Assembly (NCBI GenBank): GCA_047974615.1
Contig: JBKECM010000159.1
Span: 1-61,501, forward strand
DNA length: 61,501 nt
Source of the DNA: Lachnospirales bacterium
Lineage (GTDB): Bacteria > Bacillota > Clostridia > Lachnospirales > CAMZNU01
Direction: 5' to 3'
Under the pieces are notes generated by a model. The model did not search any database, was not told the origin of the DNA, and saw only the letters and a program-made list of their open reading frames with translations. Position 1 is the stretch's first letter; every line of letters starts with the position of its first letter. A program made the position numbers and the translations under genes. Shown piece by piece: positions 17,482 through 30,576 of this stretch.

Positions 17482-18426
17482 ATGAAAATTGCTTTAGCTG
17501 GAAATCCAAACAGTGGTAAAACTACCCTTTATAATGCGTTAACAGGTAGCCACGAACAAGTTGGTAACTGGGCTGGTGTTACTGTTGAAAAAAAGGTTGC
17601 ACCTTTAAGAAAAGACCTTAGTGACGGTAATATTACTATAGTTGACTTACCCGGTGCATATTCTATGTCACCTTTTACTTATGAAGAAACTATAACACGT
17701 GATTTTGTAAAAAATGAGAAACCAGATGTTATTATAAACATAGTAGACTCATCAAATCTAAGTAGAAGTTTGTTTTTTACAACACAACTTTTAGAACTTG
17801 GAATACCTGTAGTTGTCGCACTAAATAAAATGGACCTAACTAAGAAAAAGAATATAGACATTAATATTGAAGAATTATCAACTTCATTAAAGTGTTCTTT
17901 TGTAAAAACTATAGCAAGTGGTAATAATAAAGAAAATGGTTTACAAGAATTAGTAGATAAGGCAATTTCTTTAAATGGAACAACTCAAGAAGTAGCAAAT
18001 GCTGATTTAATTATATCAACATATGGTAAAGATGAAGTGGCACAACAAGACAAAGCACGCTTTACCTTTGTAAATAATTTACTTGAAAAAGCAGAAAAAA
18101 GAGCAATTAGCACTAATGTAGAAACGACTCAAGACAAAGCAGATAAAATAATAGCGCATAAATGGCTAGGAATACCTATATTTGCAGCAATAATGTGGCT
18201 TGTTTTCTCAATATCCCAGTCATGGATTGGTCCTACATTAGCTGATTTATTAGTAGGCTTAATAGAAGGTTTTCAAGGTTATGTAGAAGGGCTTCTAGGT
18301 GAAAACATAAACCCTGTATTATCATCTTTATTACTTGATGGTATAATCGGTGGTGTTGGTGCTGTTGTAGGATTTTTACCACTAATTATGGTTTTATTTT
18401 TCTTACTTGCACTTCTTGAAGATTGA
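17482..18426 (+). CDS. feoB: Ferrous iron transporter FeoB, N-terminal fragment (G domain, helical domain and first membrane segment), ending at an in-frame TGA
   Basis: GNPNSGKTTLYNALTG (G1), DLPG (G3) and NKMD (G4). It ends ...LALLED-TGA. Confidence 0.85.
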   Translation: MKIALAGNPNSGKTTLYNALTGSHEQVGNWAGVTVEKKVAPLRKDLSDGNITIVDLPGAYSMSPFTYEETITRDFVKNEKPDVIINIVDSSNLSRSLFFTTQLLELGIPVVVALNKMDLTKKKNIDINIEELSTSLKCSFVKTIASGNNKENGLQELVDKAISLNGTTQEVANADLIISTYGKDEVAQQDKARFTFVNNLLEKAEKRAISTNVETTQDKADKIIAHKWLGIPIFAAIMWLVFSISQSWIGPTLADLLVGLIEGFQGYVEGLLGENINPVLSSLLLDGIIGGVGAVVGFLPLIMVLFFLLALLED

Positions 18427-18432
18427 GGATAT

Positions 18433-19461
18433 ATGGCACGTGTCGCCGTTGTAATGGATAGATTTTTTACAAAAGTAGGTCTTTCTGGTAGATCTATTAT
18501 ACCTATGATTATTGGTACTGGTTGTGCTATACCGGGTATTATGGCTACAAGAACTATCAAAAACGAAAGAGAGCATAATACAACTGCTATGATAACACCT
18601 TTTATACCTTGTGGTGCAAAAGTACCTGTTATTGCTTTAATAGCAGACACATTTTTTCATGGAGCAGGTTGGGTTTCAACTACAATGTACTTTTTAGGTA
18701 TATTATTAATTATACTGTCTGCTTTAATAGTTCAAAGAATTACTGGTTCTGTAGGGGAGAGAAGTTTCTTTATTATAGAGTTACCAGAATATAAATTTCC
18801 AAGTATAAAAAGAGCAGCTATTTCAATGTTACAACGTGGTAAAGCCTTCATTGTAAAAGCAGGTACAATTATCCTTTTATGTAATGCCATTGTTAATATA
18901 CTACAAACTTTTAACTGGTCATTCCAAGTTGTTGCTGAAGGTGCAGAAAGCACAAGTATTTTAGCTAGTATAGCTACGCCATTTGCCTTTTTGCTTATTC
19001 CTTTAGGTTTTGGAGTATGGCAACTTGCAGCAGCAGCTATAACAGGTTTTATTGCAAAAGAAAACGTAGTTGGTACACTTGCAGTAGTATATGGTTTAAC
19101 AAGCTTTATTGACGTAGAGGACTTTGCTCTAACGGGCGATGCAACTGCAGTAGCAGGTGCTTTCGGTATTACATCAGTTGCAGCTTTTGCTTATCTTGCT
19201 TTTAACTTATACACACCACCTTGTTTTGCTGCTATAGGAGCATTAAACTCAGAACTTTCTAATAAAAAATGGCTTTGGGGTGCATTAGCACACCAGTTCG
19301 CTATAGGTTATGCCGTAGCATTTTTAATATACCAAATAGGTACACTTATAACTACAGGTACTTTTGGCTCTGGCTTTATTGCAGGTTTAATAATAGTAGT
19401 TGCTATAATATGTACATACGCATATTTTATAAACAAAGGTTCAAAAAAAGCTTTAAATTAG
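18433..19461 (+). CDS. feoB: FeoB, C-terminal membrane fragment, in frame with 17482..18426
   Basis: It starts MARVAVVMDRFF, continuing the conserved LEDSGYMAR motif. The protein is polytopic, and the combined length (~659 aa) equals a normal FeoB. Confidence 0.85.
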   Translation: MARVAVVMDRFFTKVGLSGRSIIPMIIGTGCAIPGIMATRTIKNEREHNTTAMITPFIPCGAKVPVIALIADTFFHGAGWVSTTMYFLGILLIILSALIVQRITGSVGERSFFIIELPEYKFPSIKRAAISMLQRGKAFIVKAGTIILLCNAIVNILQTFNWSFQVVAEGAESTSILASIATPFAFLLIPLGFGVWQLAAAAITGFIAKENVVGTLAVVYGLTSFIDVEDFALTGDATAVAGAFGITSVAAFAYLAFNLYTPPCFAAIGALNSELSNKKWLWGALAHQFAIGYAVAFLIYQIGTLITTGTFGSGFIAGLIIVVAIICTYAYFINKGSKKALN

Positions 19462-19473
19462 GTAGGTGATTTT

Positions 19474-19629
19474 ATGGGTGATTTTATTGTTTTAGCTATA
19501 ATTGCCGTTTTAATAATTGTAGCTGTTTTAAAAATATATAGTGATCGAAAAAATGGTGTTAAGTGTTCTGGTTGCCCACATAGTAAAGTATGTGACTCAA
19601 ACTGTAGTAGTAAGGACAACACCAACTAA
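19474..19629 (+). CDS. FeoB-associated Cys-rich small membrane protein (51 aa). It is not in the ORF track.
   Basis: My own translation: MGDFIVLAIIAVLIIVAVLKIYSDRKNGVKCSGCPHSKVCDSNCSSKDNTN. It has one TM helix plus a Cys-rich tail, a GGTAGGTG SD-like sequence upstream, and lies 12 nt after feoB. Confidence 0.6.
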   Translation: MGDFIVLAIIAVLIIVAVLKIYSDRKNGVKCSGCPHSKVCDSNCSSKDNTN

Positions 19630-19642
19630 ATTATAATATTTA

Positions 19643-19694
19643 AAAAACCTTTTGGCTTATGTATTTTACTTAAACATAAGCTAGAGGTTTTTTT
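19643..19694 (+). terminator. Intrinsic terminator of the feo operon
   Basis: aaaaacct...ggcttatgt / acataagc...aggttttttt forms a long interrupted stem followed by a T-run. Confidence 0.6.
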
Positions 19695-19801
19695 GGTAAT
19701 AACTACTATTTTTTAAATTTAAAATATGTTATACTAAGTATAATTGATGTGCTGATAAATAAAATGGCTTCATTGCAAAATAATAAAAATAAGAGGTATT
19801 T

Positions 19802-20335
19802 ATGAAAAAAATTGATGTTTTAGATTATAGTAACGATATATTGAATGCAGTTAAAAAAGGTGTTTTAATTACTACGAAAAACAATGAAAAAGTCAATACA
19901 ATGGCTATATCTTGGGGTACTTTAGGTATACAATGGAATAAACCTATATTTATTACCTTTGTTCGTGCTAACAGATTTACAAAATTTATGTTAGATGAAA
20001 CCTTAGAGTTTACAGTAAATATTCCTTGTGGAGAATATAATAAAAATATCATAGCTTTATCAGGTACAAAATCTGGTCATAATGTAGATAAAGTAAAAGA
20101 ACTTAATTTAACTTTAGTAGATGGAGAGATGGTAAATGTACCTGCTATAAAAGAACTACCTTTAACCCTTGAATGTAAAGTAGTATACAAACAGCTTCAA
20201 GATAGAAACGCCTTTTCAAAGGAGTATATTGACGCTTTTTATCCACAAGATGTGGACAGTTCTTTCCATGGCTCAAACAAAGATTTTCATATAGCTTTTT
20301 ATGGTGAAATTGTTAATGCGTATATACTTGACTAG
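19802..20335 (+). CDS. Flavin reductase-like (FMN-binding split-barrel) protein
   Basis: Its size and N-terminal pattern (VLITTKNNEKVNTMAISWGT) resemble the flavin reductase / DIM6-NTAB family. Confidence 0.6.
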   Translation: MKKIDVLDYSNDILNAVKKGVLITTKNNEKVNTMAISWGTLGIQWNKPIFITFVRANRFTKFMLDETLEFTVNIPCGEYNKNIIALSGTKSGHNVDKVKELNLTLVDGEMVNVPAIKELPLTLECKVVYKQLQDRNAFSKEYIDAFYPQDVDSSFHGSNKDFHIAFYGEIVNAYILD

Positions 20336-20374
20336 TTTATATTCTTAGGCTCACTTGCATTTTAGGAGGACATT

Positions 20375-21289
20375 ATGTACGGTGTTATTGATATTGGCTC
20401 AAATACTATAAGACTTGTAATATACAAGTATGAATGTGGTACACTACGACCAATGATTAATAAAAAATTTTCTGTTGGTCTTGCCAGCTACATTAGTGAC
20501 GAAAATATTTTGCAAGAAGAAGGTATAAATAAAACTATATTGGCTTTAAAGGAGTTTAAGGAAATACTTTACTATATTTCTGTAAAGGAAGTATTTCCAT
20601 TTGCAACTGCCTCAATTAGAAATGTTAAAAATAGTAAAGAAGTTATAGAACAAATAAAAAAATATACAGACTTTGATGTAAGAGTTCTAAGTGGTTCCGA
20701 AGAAGCAACCTTCGATTATTATGGAGCTATTGAAAGTATGGACCTCGAGGAAGGTTTATTAGTGGATATAGGTGGTGGTAGTACTGAACTAGTTTTCTTT
20801 AAAAATAAAGAAGTTTTTCTTACCCATTCTATACCTATAGGCTCTTTAAACTTGTATAAAAAATTTGTTACTAACCTTGTTCCCAACAAAAAAGAACTTA
20901 AAAAAATTAAAGATTACGTTAATACCACATTATTAGATTTAAACCTAAACAGTGATGGTGGAGAAATTTCTTGTGAAATGCTTTGTGGAGTAGGTGGAAC
21001 AATACGTGCTACAAAAAAACTTTTATATGATATGAACTCCCTTTATACAGAAAACTATTCCGTTTCATTCCTTGATGACCTTTTAGATAGGGCGAAAAAG
21101 GATAGTTCATTTTTTTATAATAGTTTGTTACAATCTTCAGCTGACCGTATACATACCTTTGTACCCGGCCTTATTATCCTTAAGCAGATTTCAAGTTTTT
21201 ACTCTAGTAAAGTTATTTATACAAGCCCATACGGTGTAAGAGAAGGTTTTCTACACTGCACTCTTCAAGAAAAATCTTTATTTGAATAG
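20375..21289 (+). CDS. ppx: Ppx/GppA-family exopolyphosphatase
   Basis: YGVIDIGSNTIRLVIY and DIGGGSTE ASKHA-fold motifs. It is adjacent to ppk. Confidence 0.8.
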   Translation: MYGVIDIGSNTIRLVIYKYECGTLRPMINKKFSVGLASYISDENILQEEGINKTILALKEFKEILYYISVKEVFPFATASIRNVKNSKEVIEQIKKYTDFDVRVLSGSEEATFDYYGAIESMDLEEGLLVDIGGGSTELVFFKNKEVFLTHSIPIGSLNLYKKFVTNLVPNKKELKKIKDYVNTTLLDLNLNSDGGEISCEMLCGVGGTIRATKKLLYDMNSLYTENYSVSFLDDLLDRAKKDSSFFYNSLLQSSADRIHTFVPGLIILKQISSFYSSKVIYTSPYGVREGFLHCTLQEKSLFE

Positions 21290-21304
21290 TTAAATTTTTA
21301 CGAG

Positions 21305-23419
21305 GTGCTTATGTCACATACACTTTTTACACAAAATAGAGAGTTATCATGGCTAAAATTTAATGAACTTGTTTTAGACGAATCTATGGAAAAAAACGTA
21401 CCTCTTTTGGAACGTTTAAGATTTATTGCTATTTTTTCATCAAATTTAGATGAATTTTTTATGGTGCGAGTAGGTAGTCTTTTTGACTTAAACTATGTTT
21501 CACCTTATAAAATAGATATCCGTTCAAACCTTACACCTTCTGAACAACTTACTAAAATATATGAAACTGTAAAACCTTTATATTTAAAAAGAGAACAATA
21601 CTTTGCAAAAATAAATGAAGAATTAACTAAAAATAAAATTTATCATTGTAATTTTTCAGATTTAACGGAAAATCAAAAAAAAGAAGCTAAAAAATATTTT
21701 AATAAAAATATTAAGCCTATTTTGTCACCTTATATGATTAATGTAAATCACCCAATCCCCCATTTTGAAAATAAACAGACTTATGTACTTGTCTTACTTG
21801 CCTTAAAAAACAAAAAATTTCTTTCTATTATACCTTTACCAAAGGAATTTCCTTCTATTTTCCCATTTAATAATGACGCCGACTTCTTGCAATACATTTG
21901 TGTAGAAGATATTTTTCTTGAATTTATTGACTTGCTTTTTAAGGATTATAAGGTTTTAGAAAAAACTAAGTTTCGCTTAACAAGAAATGCTGACCTAAAC
22001 TTTGATAGTTATATTATAAATGACGATTTTGATTTTGATTTTGATATACGTAACGTTATGAAGTCTGCTTTAAAAAAAAGAAAGAAACTTGCTCCTGTTA
22101 GACTTGAACTTTCTTCTAAAATCAGCGATGAAATTCTATTTTTTTTACTTAGTAAATTATCTTTAAGCAAAAATAATATTTACATATCAAGCATACCCTT
22201 TAACTTAAACTACACCCTTACGCTGGGGGAAAAAGTTGATGGTAATATTCGTAAAAACTTAGAATTTGAAAAATTTTCTCAAAGAAATATTTCTAGCCTT
22301 ACCTTTAATGAAAGTGTTTTTAAGCAAGTTGAGGTAAAAGACATTTTGCTTTCTTACCCTTTTGAAAGTATGGAGCCTTTTTTAAATCTTCTAAAAAAGG
22401 CAATAACTTATAAAAAAGTTAAGTCTATAAAGATAACTATATATAGACTAGCCACAACTTCAAAACTTGCCCATTACTTATGTGAAGCTGCTGAAAAAGG
22501 CATTGAAGTTGTAGTCCTAATAGAGTTAAAAGCTCGCTTTGATGAGCAAAATAATTTAGATTGGTCAAAAAGACTTGAGCAATCAGGTTGCAAAATTATT
22601 TATGGTATAGAGGGTTATAAAGTACATTCAAAATTATGTTTAATAACTTATGAAAATCATAATAAAATTAAGTATATAACCCAAGTTTCAACTGGAAACT
22701 TTAATGAAAAAACAGTAAAATTTTATACAGACCTTGCCCTTATAACTTCAAACCAAGAAATAGGAAATGATGCAAATAACTTTTTTCAAAATATGACTTT
22801 AAGTAACTTAAATGGAATTTATAATCATTTGCTTGTGGCACCAAACACCTTTAAAACTAAAATTCTTGATTTAATTAAAGAAGAAGGTGAAAAGGGTAAT
22901 AATGGCTATATTTATTTAAAATTAAATTCTTTAACAGATATTGATATTATTAATGCGTTGCAAAATGCGTCGCAAAAAGGCGTCACAGTCAATATGTCAG
23001 TACGTGGTATTTGTTGCCTTTTGCCTCAAATTGATAACTTAACTGAAAATATTTATGTAACAAATATTATTGGTCGATTTTTAGAACACTCTCGCATATA
23101 TGTCTTTGGTAAAAATAAAAATGTAAAGATATATATTTCTTCAGCAGACTTAATGACTAGAAATACTGAAAAACGTGTGGAAGTGGCTTGTCCTATTTAT
23201 GAGGATAATATAAAAAATAAAATACTAAAAATTATTGATATTATCCAAAGTGATAATGTAAAATCACGTATACTTTTAAGTGACGGGAATTATATTAGAA
23301 AAAATTCAAGCCAACCTATAGTTAATAGCCAAGATTTTATGATTGCAAACTCTTTTGAGAGTGAAAATAATATTAAAAAATTCAAACTGTCTAGCTTATT
23401 TAAATTTTTAAAATCATAG
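21305..23419 (+). CDS. ppk: Polyphosphate kinase 1
   Basis: NRELSWLKFNELVLDE...PLLERLRFIAIFSSNLDEFFMVRVG is a typical PPK1 N-terminus, at 704 aa. The start is either GTG 21305 or ATG 21311. Confidence 0.95.
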   Translation: MLMSHTLFTQNRELSWLKFNELVLDESMEKNVPLLERLRFIAIFSSNLDEFFMVRVGSLFDLNYVSPYKIDIRSNLTPSEQLTKIYETVKPLYLKREQYFAKINEELTKNKIYHCNFSDLTENQKKEAKKYFNKNIKPILSPYMINVNHPIPHFENKQTYVLVLLALKNKKFLSIIPLPKEFPSIFPFNNDADFLQYICVEDIFLEFIDLLFKDYKVLEKTKFRLTRNADLNFDSYIINDDFDFDFDIRNVMKSALKKRKKLAPVRLELSSKISDEILFFLLSKLSLSKNNIYISSIPFNLNYTLTLGEKVDGNIRKNLEFEKFSQRNISSLTFNESVFKQVEVKDILLSYPFESMEPFLNLLKKAITYKKVKSIKITIYRLATTSKLAHYLCEAAEKGIEVVVLIELKARFDEQNNLDWSKRLEQSGCKIIYGIEGYKVHSKLCLITYENHNKIKYITQVSTGNFNEKTVKFYTDLALITSNQEIGNDANNFFQNMTLSNLNGIYNHLLVAPNTFKTKILDLIKEEGEKGNNGYIYLKLNSLTDIDIINALQNASQKGVTVNMSVRGICCLLPQIDNLTENIYVTNIIGRFLEHSRIYVFGKNKNVKIYISSADLMTRNTEKRVEVACPIYEDNIKNKILKIIDIIQSDNVKSRILLSDGNYIRKNSSQPIVNSQDFMIANSFESENNIKKFKLSSLFKFLKS

Positions 23420-23431
23420 TAGTAAAAAAAT

Positions 23432-23466
23432 ATGAGCTATAGAAATAATATATTTCTATAGCTCAT
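23432..23466. terminator. Bidirectional terminator between ppk and atpC
   Basis: Perfect 16-bp inverted repeat atgagctatagaaata / tatttctatagctcat with a 3-nt loop, an A-run before it and a T-run after it. Confidence 0.7.
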
Positions 23467-23501
23467 TATTTTTAATAAATTAGCAAAACTGCCAACTTAC
23501 T

Positions 23502-23912
23502 TTATTTACTTCTAGCTACTGCCTCAAGACGGACTAAAGCACGACGTAATGCTATTTCTGCACGATGTACATCAAGATCAGAAGACGGATTTTTAAGTCT
23601 ATTTTCTGCACGCTCTTTAGCCTGTTTTGCTCTATCCTCATCTATTTCAGATGGGAGTTCAGCTGCATCAGATAAAATAGTTACACCCTCTTTAGTAACT
23701 TCACAGAAGCCACCAAGAACAGATATTACTTCCTCTGTTTCACCTATGAAGATACGTAAAAGTCCCTCACCAAGTACCGTTGTAAGATTTTCGTGTCCAT
23801 GAAGTACACCAATATCACCGGCTACAGATCTAAGAATAACCATATCAACATCAGCAGAGTAAACAAGTCTTGTTGGTGAAACTAAACGAAGATTTAATTT
23901 TTTTTCAGCCAT
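23502..23912 (-). CDS. atpC: F1 ATP synthase subunit epsilon
   Basis: Last gene of the atp operon, with a typical epsilon sequence (LRLVSPTRLVYS...). Confidence 0.9.
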   Translation of the reverse strand: MAEKKLNLRLVSPTRLVYSADVDMVILRSVAGDIGVLHGHENLTTVLGEGLLRIFIGETEEVISVLGGFCEVTKEGVTILSDAAELPSEIDEDRAKQAKERAENRLKNPSSDLDVHRAEIALRRALVRLEAVARSK

Positions 23913-23934
23913 TTAATCACCACTTTCTTAAGAT

Positions 23935-25344
<1,410 letters not shown>

Positions 25345-25407
25345 TTATTTTTAAAAGCAAAACAGCTAGTTTTACTTTACGTATTTTTATAAATTTACTA
25401 AAACCAA

Positions 25408-26268
25408 TTATTCCAAAGCATTTGCACCACTAACAATTTCCGTAAGTTCTTGAGTAATAGCACCCTGACGAGCACGGTTCATTTTTAGTGTTAAAGATCC
25501 AATCATAGCTGAAGCATTTTCAGTTGCATTATCCATAGAAGTCATACGACTTGCTTGTTCACAAGTAGCAGACTCAACTAAAGCACCATAAATAAATGTT
25601 GTAATATATTTTGGTACTAAATAAGATAAAACTGTTTCTTCATCAGGTTCATATCTCATAAGTGACATTGAAGTTTCTTCTTCTGACTCTGTTTCAAAAG
25701 CAGAAGTGTCAACAGGTAAAAGTTTTTTAAGACGTGGTTCTTGACTTAGAGTTGTTATAAACTCTGTATAGCCAATATACACTTCATCAACTTCACCTTT
25801 AAGATATAAATCTAAAACTTGATTTCCGATTAAAAGAGCAGATTCGTAGCTAGGGTGATCAGAGATACCCACAAGTGATCTAACAATGTTTTTATTACGT
25901 CTGTTAAAATAGTCACGAGCCTTAGAACCTATAGTTATAAGTTGCTCCTCTTTACCTTCTATAAAACTAAGAACTTCTTTAGATATATTAGTGTTATATG
26001 CGCCGCATAGACCTTTATCAGAAGATAAAACTACAACAGCAACTCTTTTACCTTCTCTTTCAATAAGAAAAGGGTGGTTAATTCCTTTGGAGTTTTTTAC
26101 AACGCTAGCAATAACTCTTTCTGTTGTATCAAAGAAAGGTTTAGTGCTTTTTTGGCGTTTTTTAGCACCTTGAAGCTTACTAGTAGCAACAAGATTCATG
26201 GCTTTAGTTATTTTTTGAGTACTGTCGACACTTTTAATTCGTGTTTTAATGTCACGTACTGAAGCCAT
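25408..26268 (-). CDS. atpG: F1 ATP synthase subunit gamma
   Basis: MASVRDIKTRIKSV...ITKAM N-terminus and a C-terminal ITQELTEIVSGA. Confidence 0.95.
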   Translation of the reverse strand: MASVRDIKTRIKSVDSTQKITKAMNLVATSKLQGAKKRQKSTKPFFDTTERVIASVVKNSKGINHPFLIEREGKRVAVVVLSSDKGLCGAYNTNISKEVLSFIEGKEEQLITIGSKARDYFNRRNKNIVRSLVGISDHPSYESALLIGNQVLDLYLKGEVDEVYIGYTEFITTLSQEPRLKKLLPVDTSAFETESEEETSMSLMRYEPDEETVLSYLVPKYITTFIYGALVESATCEQASRMTSMDNATENASAMIGSLTLKMNRARQGAITQELTEIVSGANALE

Positions 26269-26285
26269 TTAATCACCTCTCCAAA

Positions 26286-27821
<1,536 letters not shown>

Positions 27822-27837
27822 TCAAAAATAATATGTA

Positions 27838-28374
27838 TTATCCTTGATAAAACTCTTTTTTCATATCAGATATAGTTTTTTCAATAGTATTTTCATAAAC
27901 TTTACCGTCAACGAGAATTTTTAAGCCACCTAATATTTTTTCATCAACTTCAACTGTATAGTTTACAGTTTTTCCAAGTTGCTTAGAAATATTAGCTAGT
28001 ATTTTATTGATTTGTTCATCGGACAATACCTTTGCCGTAACAATAGTAGCCGTAGTAATATTTAAGTGTTCTTTAGCAAGAGTAACATAACCTTCTAATA
28101 TACTTACAAGTTCACTTTCTCTATTTTTACTTAAAATTACTTGAAACAAACCAATTACATTTTCATCAACTTTACCATCAAATACATTTTTAAGAAGAAT
28201 AATTTTTTCTTCTTTAGGCATATGAGGGTGATTAATGATAAATTTGAAGTCTTCATTTTCTTTAAAGATATCAAGCATTGTTTCGATTTCTTTTAATAAA
28301 GTTTCAACTTTATTTTCCTCGCTTGCTATTGAGAACAATGCGTTACTATAACGTTTTGCAACTAGTTCTGCCAT
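27838..28374 (-). CDS. atpH: F1 ATP synthase subunit delta (OSCP)
   Basis: VAKRYSNALF start, and position between atpF and atpA. Confidence 0.9.
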   Translation of the reverse strand: MAELVAKRYSNALFSIASEENKVETLLKEIETMLDIFKENEDFKFIINHPHMPKEEKIILLKNVFDGKVDENVIGLFQVILSKNRESELVSILEGYVTLAKEHLNITTATIVTAKVLSDEQINKILANISKQLGKTVNYTVEVDEKILGGLKILVDGKVYENTIEKTISDMKKEFYQG

Positions 28375-28916
28375 TTAACTTCCCCCAAACTTTCAATCAC
28401 TTCATCAAGTAATTTATTTTGGTCTTCATCTGATAGACTTGTAGCTACATAACGACTAGCCATTAACGTTGAAATCTCAATTATGCTTGACTTCATACTA
28501 TCACGAGCTTTATCTTCTTCACGCTTAATATCAAGTAATGCACGATTTTTTACAGTATTAGCCTCATCATGTGCTTGCTGTAAAACTTCTTTTTCTTTAT
28601 CTGAAGCAATTTTACGAGCTTTTTCTAAGATATCAGCCTTTTCAATGTCGATATTTTTTAGCTTTTCTTCATATTCAGATTTTAATGCATTAGCATCATC
28701 TAAAGACTTTTGAGCAGCACCTAAGTTGCCAGCGATTTTTTCTTCACGTTTTCTAAGAAAATCTTTAACAGGATTATAGAGAAGTTTACCAAGTATAAAA
28801 ATAACAACAGCAGTAGAAATCCATTGTGGAATAAGTTGTAAAACTAACTCTTTATCAAATCCGATAATACGGTCAAAATCCGATGCAACTATAGTCGCCA
28901 TATTTAAAGTATTCAT
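28362..28916 (-). CDS. atpF: Fo ATP synthase subunit b
   Basis: Single N-terminal TM followed by a long charged helix. It overlaps atpH by 13 nt. Confidence 0.9.
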   Translation of the reverse strand: MNTLNMATIVASDFDRIIGFDKELVLQLIPQWISTAVVIFILGKLLYNPVKDFLRKREEKIAGNLGAAQKSLDDANALKSEYEEKLKNIDIEKADILEKARKIASDKEKEVLQQAHDEANTVKNRALLDIKREEDKARDSMKSSIIEISTLMASRYVATSLSDEDQNKLLDEVIESLGEVKWQN

Positions 28917-28971
28917 TAGCTATTAATACCTCCTTTACAAGATTTTTTTACTTAGTTAAATTACATTAATA

Positions 28972-29250
<279 letters not shown>

Positions 29251-29317
29251 CTAAAATATTATAAAAATTTATTATTAGACTTATAAATTATAGTTAAGTC
29301 TGTAAGGCTAAAAAAAT

Positions 29318-30001
29318 TTAGTCTGGTAATTTTTGTCTTATGAAAGACATACTTAAAATTACAAAAATGTAAGATTGTAAAAGACCTGCAAAAACGTCAA
29401 AATATAAATGAAGAACAGCAGGTGGACCATAAGTTAAGACCTTTGGTAACATTGAATAGATTAACGCCATAATGATAGTACCACTTAGAATATTACCGAA
29501 AAGACGGAATGCTAAGGATACTGGCGTTGCGATTTCACCGATAAGGTTAAGTGGTAAAAAGAACGGCATAGGTGAAACGTAATCTTTCCAGTATTGAGAT
29601 TTGCTTTTTGTAATACCTGAATAGTGTATTAAAAAACAAGTAGACAAAGACAAAGTCAATGTTACAGCAATATCTGCCGTAGGTGGTCTTATACCAACAA
29701 GTCCCGCTAAATTTGAGAACATGATAAAAGCTATAACACCAAAAAACCAAAATCCGTAGGACGTATATTGAGGTCCCATTGTGTCTACTGTGAAGTTATA
29801 AAACATTTCAACTAAAGCTTCAAAAATATTTTGAAACTTGCTAGTTGGAACATCGGTAAACTTTTTACTTTTAACATTAACTATAATGGCAAGTAAAATT
29901 AGTGCCCCACCAATAAACCATGTATTTATTAAAGACTCGGTAATCCAAAACTGTTGTCCAAAAAGTTCGACAACTGCAGCAACTCTGTTGTTAAAATCCA
30001 T
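29318..30001 (-). CDS. atpB: Fo ATP synthase subunit a
   Basis: Polytopic protein with the conserved LAFRLFGNILSG (essential Arg). Confidence 0.95.
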   Translation of the reverse strand: MDFNNRVAAVVELFGQQFWITESLINTWFIGGALILLAIIVNVKSKKFTDVPTSKFQNIFEALVEMFYNFTVDTMGPQYTSYGFWFFGVIAFIMFSNLAGLVGIRPPTADIAVTLTLSLSTCFLIHYSGITKSKSQYWKDYVSPMPFFLPLNLIGEIATPVSLAFRLFGNILSGTIIMALIYSMLPKVLTYGPPAVLHLYFDVFAGLLQSYIFVILSMSFIRQKLPD

Positions 30002-30078
30002 TTCTTAAGTAACTCCTTTCTTCAATAATTACCTTAAAATGATTAGGTTAAATCTATAACAGTCCTAAGGACTTAAGG

Positions 30079-30567
30079 TTATTTAAACATTTCTCTAATA
30101 ACCGATGAAGTTTTACGCATATCTTTTATTTCCTCTTTAAAATCTACACTACCCTCTACATCTTCATCTATATTAATAAGGTTATCTTTATTAATAGGTA
30201 AGTCGTCATCTTTTATAAGTAAAGCCGAAATATAAGCCGTAGGTTGTAACATTATAATGCCTATAAAAGTACCAACTATATCTATCTTATCGCTTTTTGC
30301 AGCTATAACGAATGCAAAACCGATAAGTACAAATCTCAATATATAATGCAAAGTCATATAACCCTTTGCTTTACTTGGTCCTCTATCTAAAGCTTTATTT
30401 ACAGAGTCATCAAGTAAAAAAATTCTTGCAACTGATATAAAAATACCATAAGCAACACCATAAGCAAATGTATGTGATATAAAAGCAAAACTTAAGCCAA
30501 AAACCACAAGACCAAGTGCAATTAAAACATAAAACATTTTTTTTGAAGTAATAGATAATTTAAACAT
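30079..30567 (-). CDS. atpI: ATP synthase subunit I-like membrane protein with an acidic C-terminal tail
   Basis: Four predicted TM helices, positioned immediately upstream of atpB. Confidence 0.65.
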   Translation of the reverse strand: MFKLSITSKKMFYVLIALGLVVFGLSFAFISHTFAYGVAYGIFISVARIFLLDDSVNKALDRGPSKAKGYMTLHYILRFVLIGFAFVIAAKSDKIDIVGTFIGIIMLQPTAYISALLIKDDDLPINKDNLINIDEDVEGSVDFKEEIKDMRKTSSVIREMFK

Positions 30568-30576
30568 AATACCTCT

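Noticed and set aside
18424-18426. Genome-wide TGA reassignment (code 4 TGA=Trp or code 25 TGA=Gly) as the explanation for the in-frame TGA in feoB
   Set aside because: All other long genes in 61 kb are free of in-frame TGA. Trp is visibly encoded by TGG throughout (for example in leuS, secA and GH2). An intact RF2 gene with the SPF motif is present at 53859..54968. In organisms with reassigned TGA, many genes would appear fragmented in a standard-code ORF track.
18424-18480. Selenocysteine insertion at the feoB TGA
   Set aside because: The position corresponds to a conserved Ser in a non-redox motif, and FeoB is not a known selenoprotein. The 40 nt downstream (ggatatatggcacgtgtcgccgttgtaatgg) offer only a weak 3-5 bp pairing, not a SECIS-like stem-loop. 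A genome search for selA/selB/selC would settle it.
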